This document shows, piece after piece, positions 58,053 to 64,000 of a stretch of 64,000 nucleotides of DNA (position 1 is its first letter; the number at the start of each line of letters is the position of its first letter). The DNA comes from a virus (Duplodnaviria; Caudoviricetes). The position numbers were made by a program, and so were the translations under genes. The notes beneath the pieces are model-generated. The model was given only the letters and a program-made list of their open reading frames with translations, was not told where the DNA came from and did no database searches. Where the stretch lies: positions 29,840 to 93,839 of the IMG/VR virus record IMGVR_UViG_2595698521_000001, one strand, 5' to 3'.

Positions 58053-59100
58053 TTTCGTTCCCCTTTTCTACATTATTTAGTGTTCCCGACCCGTTCCCGA
58101 TGATGGCGAATAGACCCTACTTTACCCAAAACTTCAAAAATCGGCTGTTGCTAGGCACGGTTTTTCGGGTGTATTTCCCAATTAAGGGTGGGTAGGGTTT
58201 TTTCTAGGTCGTGGGGTAATTGGATTTTGTATCGGCATCCCCTCCCCCTAGTTAACGTCCCCACTATGTCCCACGGAATGGCTCGGCATGAGTAGGAGCA
58301 GAGCGGGCGGGCGTGTCGGGTGGTGCGCTCGGCTCGGTGTGCGTGTGGTGCGTGTGCGCTGTGCGTGGTGTGCATGGGCGCATGGCATGGAGCAGAGCAG
58401 TCATTCTTTATTTATTTCTTGAACAAAATCATTTGCATATATTATATAGAACAGACCTTATATTAATGCTCCCCTATATGATATGTATATGCGCTGTAAC
58501 TACTCATATTGTACATAATTAGTTGGTAATAGTCAAATCATATATTGGTAATAGTAGAACCCACCCACCTTTCCGTATATAAGGCGGTTTAATACCGGGG
58601 CTATAATAAGGGGCTATATAGAAGGGCTTATATGCACCCACCTATTCGAATCGTATATAAGGCGGATATAGTACCCGTTATATGGCTTCCCTATATGGCG
58701 TTCCCTACTAAGTCCCTATATACACCTTTCATTCCGGTTTCCTTTGCGCATTAATCTTTCACCCACCGTTCCACTCTGCACCTTCGCTTATATAACACCC
58801 GTATATAACGTTCCCGTATATACCTTTTTCTTTTCCCGAATCGTTTCCTCTGCACCGACCTGTTTTTCTCCGAATTTGAGGCTTCCTTTTGAGTACCATA
58901 GAAGCAGTCCCACCTAATGCTGTTTACTGGGCGGGATTACTGGGCGCACCTTTGTATACTGTTCCCTCGGATTGTCCCATGATTCTCTCTGCACCGCAGT
59001 TCCCTTTTTATTGAACTAAGAAAAGATCACCTTAGAACGTTATTAATTTCTGCGGTCATAGAAACCTAAAACGCAAATAAAAAAGGAAGGGAATTAATCC
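58053..59100. other. 1-kb non-coding block with a GC-rich strand-biased tract and phased TATAT repeats (candidate terminus/pac site or origin)
   Basis: No credible ORF; composition differs sharply from the rest of the window. Confidence 0.5.
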
Positions 59101-59104
59101 CCTC

Positions 59105-59413
59105 CTATATTGATGTTTCTATATAACCTTTTACTTCCCATTTGTATATTGTCGGTACTTGTTCTTTAACCTCTTCCATATATTCCGTCGCTTTTTTAAT
59201 CGCTGTTTCTTCCGGCATTAAAGTTACCAATGGGACAAAGTTCTCATATACTAATTCGATTTCCCATTCTGCTAATGAATCACCTCTACGCTTATTCCAA
59301 TCTTCTATTGCATAGTCTATGAATTCTGCCGGATTTACTTTTCCCGCTTTCTTCATTTGCTCTATCATTAATAGGAAGAACTTACACGCTAACATTTTAG
59401 GATTTCTAATCAT
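59105..59413 (-). CDS. Hypothetical early protein
   Basis: RBS GGAGG before MIRNPK; followed by a terminator. Confidence 0.6.
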   Translation of the reverse strand: MIRNPKMLACKFFLLMIEQMKKAGKVNPAEFIDYAIEDWNKRRGDSLAEWEIELVYENFVPLVTLMPEETAIKKATEYMEEVKEQVPTIYKWEVKGYIETSI

Positions 59414-59469
59414 TCTCTTTTCCCTCCGGATTTTAGATAATAGTTGGAGCAGGTTTCCCCGCTCCGTTT

Positions 59470-59814
59470 TTACTTCGCACATTCTACAATGTCGTTACAT
59501 GTTTTTCCTTCGACTTCTAAAACGTTATAAAAGAATTTGATATCCTTTATATTTTCCGATGGAAGGTTTTCTATTAGCTTTTCTATTATCTCTTTTATGT
59601 TCGGGTGGTTTTTCGCTTCCGCTTCAACTTTCCGGAAATTGTTTGTTATCTCCAAAATCCCTAGTGCATCAGTAACGGTTAACGTTTGATTGAATACTAC
59701 TTCAAAGGCTTCCAAGAATTCATTCTCCTTGTCCAAGTCCTCCACGGGTAATAGGTGAAATCCTATCATTCCTAGTACAGCGTGTTCCGTTGTGCTTAGT
59801 GATTTAATGTTCAT
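59470..59814 (-). CDS. Hypothetical early protein
   Basis: Promoter, hairpin/boxA leader and AAGGAG RBS. Confidence 0.7.
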   Translation of the reverse strand: MNIKSLSTTEHAVLGMIGFHLLPVEDLDKENEFLEAFEVVFNQTLTVTDALGILEITNNFRKVEAEAKNHPNIKEIIEKLIENLPSENIKDIKFFYNVLEVEGKTCNDIVECAK

Positions 59815-59914
59815 AATAAAATCGCTCCTTTATATTTAGTTATCAATGTTCATCGGGAAATTATCCCTACAACAAATATATCATTTTAGTTGGTAATAGT
59901 AAAGAAAAACATAT

Positions 59915-59930
59915 TGTTTCATGTGAAACA
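59915..59930. promoter_or_regulatory. parS: parS site (Spo0J/ParB binding)
   Basis: TGTTTCATGTGAAACA, one mismatch to the B. subtilis consensus TGTTNCACGTGAAACA. Confidence 0.8.
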
Positions 59931-60032
59931 TTAATAGTTTAGTTGGTAGAAGTAGAATTGCTACTTACTTTAAGTTAGTTACTAACTGATCAATAGTGGA
60001 CTAATAGACAAAATAAAAAAGACTAGGTTTCC

Positions 60033-60641
60033 CTAGTCTTCTTGTGGTGACATCTTATCAAAATCTAATGTCCATCTTTCATTTATCATTATCCATCCTT
60101 TTAACTGTTCATTTAGCTTGTATAACTCGTTATTCATGATTGTATATTCTGTTCCTCTTTCATCCGTGTATATCTTCTGTCCTTGCTCGTTTGTGCGTTC
60201 TGCTATGACTTCTATTAGTAGTCCCTTGATAGGTTTAGGAATTCGTTTCACAAGTACAGCAGAAGGATTAAAAGACTCTTCCTCTATCTCTTGTATGTCG
60301 TATCCTAGTAACGCATGGTTTTGTAATTGATTCGCTTTTACTTCTAAATCATTCCATAGCATTTCATAAAATCTTACTTGCTGTTCTTCCGTCAATTTCT
60401 CGTATTGCTCCCATGCGCTATTATAAGTCATTTTAGCGATTCTTCTTTGTGTTGTATCGCTAAGTTGGTGCTTTACGATTAGCGGTTTAATTTCGCTGTA
60501 AATTTCGTTAAAGAAGAAATGCTTTAATCCTTGTTTACTCTCCACGATATGCGGGTGTTTTCCTCCATGCTTCAAATACAGTTGCATGATTTTTTCTCCT
60601 ACAAAACATCCGTGGTCAAAGTCAGTTAAATTAAATCTCAT
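60033..60641 (-). CDS. Hypothetical early protein
   Basis: Start MRFNLTDF after AGGGAG; promoter and boxA leader upstream. Confidence 0.7.
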   Translation of the reverse strand: MRFNLTDFDHGCFVGEKIMQLYLKHGGKHPHIVESKQGLKHFFFNEIYSEIKPLIVKHQLSDTTQRRIAKMTYNSAWEQYEKLTEEQQVRFYEMLWNDLEVKANQLQNHALLGYDIQEIEEESFNPSAVLVKRIPKPIKGLLIEVIAERTNEQGQKIYTDERGTEYTIMNNELYKLNEQLKGWIMINERWTLDFDKMSPQED

Positions 60642-60774
60642 AATAAAACAGCTCCCTTTTATATAGTTGTCAATGTTCGTGCGGAACGTTATCCGCATTA
60701 ATAATGTATCATTTTAGTTGGTAAAAGTAAAGTGGTAAGTTGATAAAAGTTCATTTAATGCAAAGAAAAAGCAC

Positions 60775-60977
60775 TCATCTATTTTGAGTGCCTTTGAAAA
60801 GTAATGTGTATGAGATTGTGAAAATTAATAATCCACCTAATAAAGTTAGTCCTGCGTTTAGCACGATTACCACCTCCCTTATTTAATGATGTAGTGACTA
60901 AGCAACCAAATCATTATACATGAAGACGTAATTCCAATCAACCAAGTCCAGTACATATCCTCTGTCTCTTTACTCAT
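60775..60977 (-). CDS. Two tiny single-TM peptides (60879-60977, 32 aa; 60775-60864, 29 aa), not in the ORF track
   Basis: MSKETEDMYWTWLIGITSSCIMIWLLSHYIIK and (GTG)LNAGLTLLGGLLIFTISYTLLFKGTQNR, each with an RBS. Confidence 0.55.
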
Positions 60978-61312
60978 ACTAATGCCAACTCTCCTTTCCG
61001 CTTATATTTCCGGCTTTTAGATTTATCAAATTCCTCTACCGCATTATGTATAGAGCAGTAGTAATGAAGTGCCAAATGTTTTAGGAAGTCCATTACATGT
61101 ACACCCTCTTCTAAACTATATACTTCTGCTCTTATTCTCGCCTTGTCTCTTGCGTCAAATTCTTCCGCAACCGTATAGAGGAATTCATAGTTATTTACCA
61201 CTACCGTTTTGCTTCCGCTACCGTCCAGTTTCTTCAAAAAGAACCACCACTTCTCTTCCTTCGGGATGTTGCTACCCATCTTGAAGAACATTACCTGCAT
61301 AAACTCGTCCAT
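60974..61312 (-). CDS. Hypothetical early protein
   Basis: RBS GGTGA; in a cassette. Confidence 0.6.
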   Translation of the reverse strand: MDEFMQVMFFKMGSNIPKEEKWWFFLKKLDGSGSKTVVVNNYEFLYTVAEEFDARDKARIRAEVYSLEEGVHVMDFLKHLALHYYCSIHNAVEEFDKSKSRKYKRKGELALV

Positions 61313-61382
61313 AAAAGATCACCATTCTTCCGTTGATTTTATTCACATTAAAAAGACCGGGGATTTCTCCCCGCTCCTTCTC

Positions 61383-61694
61383 TTATCCTGCTATGTAATC
61401 CGCTCGGTGTAAATCAGCGTAATAACATTTTGCTAAGTAGTGGATAAAGTGCATGCAATCCCCGTTTTTAAAATCTATTCTCACAAGCATTTCTTTAATC
61501 TTCGCTTGTTCATGTTTGGGTGCGCTCTTCATGATTTCTAGAAACTCTTTGTTGTTAACTTCCTGTAAAACGTTATCCCCGAAAATTTCGTCCGGCTCAC
61601 GTTTCTTATATTGGAAAGTCCAAATAGTTTCCGTGTATCCTTTTTCCTCCCATAGTGTATCAATCCAGTCAGAAAAGTTTTGTTGTTCGTGCAT
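61383..61694 (-). CDS. Hypothetical early protein
   Basis: Promoter TTTACT-N16-TATAAT and boxA leader. Confidence 0.7.
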   Translation of the reverse strand: MHEQQNFSDWIDTLWEEKGYTETIWTFQYKKREPDEIFGDNVLQEVNNKEFLEIMKSAPKHEQAKIKEMLVRIDFKNGDCMHFIHYLAKCYYADLHRADYIAG

Positions 61695-61795
61695 AGCTCA
61701 CACGCTCCTTATATTTTATTTTCAATGTACAATCGGGAACATTTTCCCTACTTCTTATTATACGGATTACTTGGTAAAAGTAAAGAAAAACTTTA

Positions 61796-61811
61796 TGTTT
61801 CACGTGAAACT
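61796..61811. promoter_or_regulatory. parS: parS site
   Basis: TGTTTCACGTGAAACT, 15/16 match to the consensus. Confidence 0.8.
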
Positions 61812-61942
61812 TTATGTTTTTAGTTGGTAAAAGTCCAAAAGAAAAGCGTACAAGCTGTTTAAGGCTCATACGCTCCATCTAAGGGAAATTTAATAGTGAA
61901 TCTATAGTAAAGTGTTTAACACTCTGCTATCGCTCTTATAGG

Positions 61943-62374
61943 CTATTGTGTGACTTCCTGCTCTTCCTTCTCAAATACTAAGATGTCCGCTTTATTCAGA
62001 ATTTGAAAACTTTCTCCCGCTGTTTTCTCGTAGCGTTCCACGTTCTCCGGTTCTGCGTTGCGTCTGATTTTAAGGTTTGCTTCCTCCCAGTGGAAGTAAT
62101 GCTTTCCGTCTGTGGATTCTAAATTGTGAATCATAGCAAGGAATAAATCATACTGACTATAGCTTACATACACGCTCGTAAACGATTCAAAACATTTTAG
62201 TGTAATTTCTCTCACTACTGTTTTGTACTTCGCTGTAATCGTTATAACTTCCACTCCGGCTTTTGTCTCGCTGTCTTGGACGTTTACTTGTGTAAGCTCC
62301 ATCTTTCTTGTAAGAGTGTTTAGAAGTCGCTCCATGTAAGTTGGATAGTTTTCGAATAATGTCATTTGTGACAC
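61943..62374 (-). CDS. Hypothetical early protein
   Basis: Promoter and boxA leader; GTG start. Confidence 0.65.
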   Translation of the reverse strand: MSQMTLFENYPTYMERLLNTLTRKMELTQVNVQDSETKAGVEVITITAKYKTVVREITLKCFESFTSVYVSYSQYDLFLAMIHNLESTDGKHYFHWEEANLKIRRNAEPENVERYEKTAGESFQILNKADILVFEKEEQEVTQ

Positions 62375-62621
62375 GCTCCCTTTTCATATTTGGTTTTCAA
62401 TGATTACGGGTAACTTGTTCCCGTACTTAAATTATAAGGGATAGGAATATTCTTGTAAACATAATTTTCTCAATATTTATATTTTTAGTTGGTAATAGTA
62501 AAATGGTTAATTGGTAAAAGTGGCGAAATCCGGATCATAAGAATTTTACTACTTACTTTTTGTTAGTTACTTCCTGATCAATAGTGAGTATCTGTTTTTG
62601 GACAAATAAAAAAGGAAGCTC

Positions 62622-63332
62622 TTAGGCTTCCTGTTTTGCTTTCTCTTTTGTAGCGATATAAAACTTGCAAGGGAATGTTTTCTTCCCGTACTTGATAACT
62701 TTTGTTTCTGTGTTGAATGTATCAACTTTCATTTGTACAATCGAATCGTCTGTAACATCTAAAAGCGTTACAAGGTTTTCGTCACTGTATAGTGCTAAGA
62801 ATTGTGAAACATCGTTCGGACGTTCTTCTATGAATGCAAATACTTTATATGGGTTGCTAATAAGGTGCTTAGGTAGCTCCTTAATGCTTTCCATTGCTAA
62901 ATGGTTGTAAGTAGTTGTTCCGTTCTTCATAACATCGTCAAGGAATTCTCCTTGTTCTTCCGGCTCTTCTTTCTCCGGTTTCTTTGGAGCTGACGCAACT
63001 TTCTTTTTCTGTTTCGGCTTCTCTTCCTCTTCGTCTTCCTTGTGAATCGGTTTAGGAGCGGAAACTTTAGTCTTTCCTTTTTCAGTGTTACGTTTACGCA
63101 TTTTAGGTTTTACGCTGTTCTCTACTAATTCAAGTTCTCCTTGTACTTCTCCGTTTGCTTTCGCTTCTTTCTCTTTCAACTTAATTTGAGCGTCAATTAA
63201 ATTCGCTTTAAGTCGAGCAGGTTTTTGTGCGCTGTCCTGTAGACGTGCATGCATTTCCTTCAGCTCTTCAAGAGTGAACGTTGCGAAATCCTCCGGTGAA
63301 ATAGATAAGATAGCTTTGATAGTTTTAGACAT
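62622..63332 (-). CDS. Hypothetical early protein with a K/E-rich linker
   Basis: AAGGAG RBS and boxA leader. Confidence 0.7.
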   Translation of the reverse strand: MSKTIKAILSISPEDFATFTLEELKEMHARLQDSAQKPARLKANLIDAQIKLKEKEAKANGEVQGELELVENSVKPKMRKRNTEKGKTKVSAPKPIHKEDEEEEKPKQKKKVASAPKKPEKEEPEEQGEFLDDVMKNGTTTYNHLAMESIKELPKHLISNPYKVFAFIEERPNDVSQFLALYSDENLVTLLDVTDDSIVQMKVDTFNTETKVIKYGKKTFPCKFYIATKEKAKQEA

Positions 63333-63556
63333 AATAAAATCTCTCCTTTGGGTTATATGTAATTTTCAATGTGCTTTTTCCTGTCCCTCATTGGGATAAC
63401 TCAATATTAATTGATAAAAGTTTAAATTGCAAGCATTATTTTAAAAGTTTTCGACAAAATTACTTGGTAAAAGTGAAATTGCAACAAAGGAAACTGTCCC
63501 TATAATGAAGAAACATACAACAAGGGAAAAATTTAATAGTGAAGGAGCTGTTCTGC

Positions 63557-63856
63557 ATGTTTAAAAAACTTTGGTCAAAGGTGAAAAAATTCTTTACGGT
63601 GGAGCAGGAGCAGGAGAAGACGGAAACGATTGAAAGCGAACGTTATGAGGACATTGTGAGAACGTCTATTTTTGATTCTGTGATTGCTCAACTAAATGAA
63701 AAGGCAAACAGTCCAAAAGAAGAACAGGAGCAGACAGAGAACAAAATAGAGCATACAAGTTATAGTCCTAAAGTGTGGACGTGGAAAGAGTGGAAGGAAT
63801 ACAACAAAGAGCAAAGAGAACTATTCGACAAAATAAGACAGACAAAACTCGCATAA
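63557..63856 (+). CDS. Hypothetical protein; the only credible plus-strand gene
   Basis: RBS GAAGGAG and divergent promoter TTGCAA-N16-TATAAT; amphipathic N-terminus MFKKLWSKVKKFF. Confidence 0.7.
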   Translation: MFKKLWSKVKKFFTVEQEQEKTETIESERYEDIVRTSIFDSVIAQLNEKANSPKEEQEQTENKIEHTSYSPKVWTWKEWKEYNKEQRELFDKIRQTKLA

Positions 63857-63904
63857 TTCGACAAAGGAAAACTTGACAACTAAATTACTAAAAGAATGCC
63901 GATT

Positions 63905-63951
63905 TCAGTATATAATAAATAATTAAAAGAACTATATATAATATATACTGA
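63905..63951. repeat. AT-rich element, copy 4 (inverted)
   Basis: Contains TATATATAATATATACTGA with TCAGTATAT at the other end. Confidence 0.8.
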
Positions 63952-64000
63952 ACACCTTTTATTTTAGTTGGTAAAAGTGCATGAAAAAAGACCTGTATTT

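Noticed and set aside
58186-58216. G-quadruplex (GGGTGGGTAGGG...GGGG)
   Set aside because: The third loop is ~15 nt and it occurs once, so it is too weak to claim separately.
58151-58522. ORFs 58151-58375 (-) and 58313-58522 (+)
   Set aside because: They arise from a low-complexity GC tract, lack RBSs and have atypical composition.
1-64000. tRNA genes, integrase or repressor lysogeny module
   Set aside because: No cloverleaf/T-loop signature or recombinase motif was noticed by eye; tRNAscan-SE would be needed to exclude tRNAs fully.

Overview
This is 64 kb of an AT-rich lytic Bacillus-type myovirus genome, with almost every gene on the minus strand. From left to right it carries: (1) a replication module (family A DNA polymerase cut by the window edge, HU, gp32-like SSB, primase, DnaB, DnaC-like loader, SF2 helicase); (2) a lysis cassette (two holins and an Amidase_3-SPOR endolysin); (3) an eCIS/Afp-like contractile tail (fibre with S74 chaperone, baseplate, tape measure, two tubes, sheath); (4) a head module (N4-gp56-type capsid, scaffold, portal, TerL); (5) ligase, DHFR and ThyA; (6) many small ORFs, a 1-kb non-coding block, and a run of promoter-led early gene cassettes. 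No integrase, tRNA or CRISPR array was seen. The most unusual signals are non-coding: a tandem array of three putative self-contained small RNAs sharing a covarying GNRA hairpin (53.37-53.72 kb); near-total GATC avoidance except for a strand-polarised GATCA(CC) every 2-4 kb; rrn-like boxB-boxA leaders on five early genes; host-type parS sites and Spo0A boxes; a repeated operator overlapping sigma-A promoters; a 19-bp AT-rich element in four copies; and a structured ~150-nt leader RNA. Scaffold, capsid and tail tube also share an N-terminal F-x-(N/T)-V-(H/F)-A-(D/E) motif. All calls come from reading motifs by eye; no searches were run.
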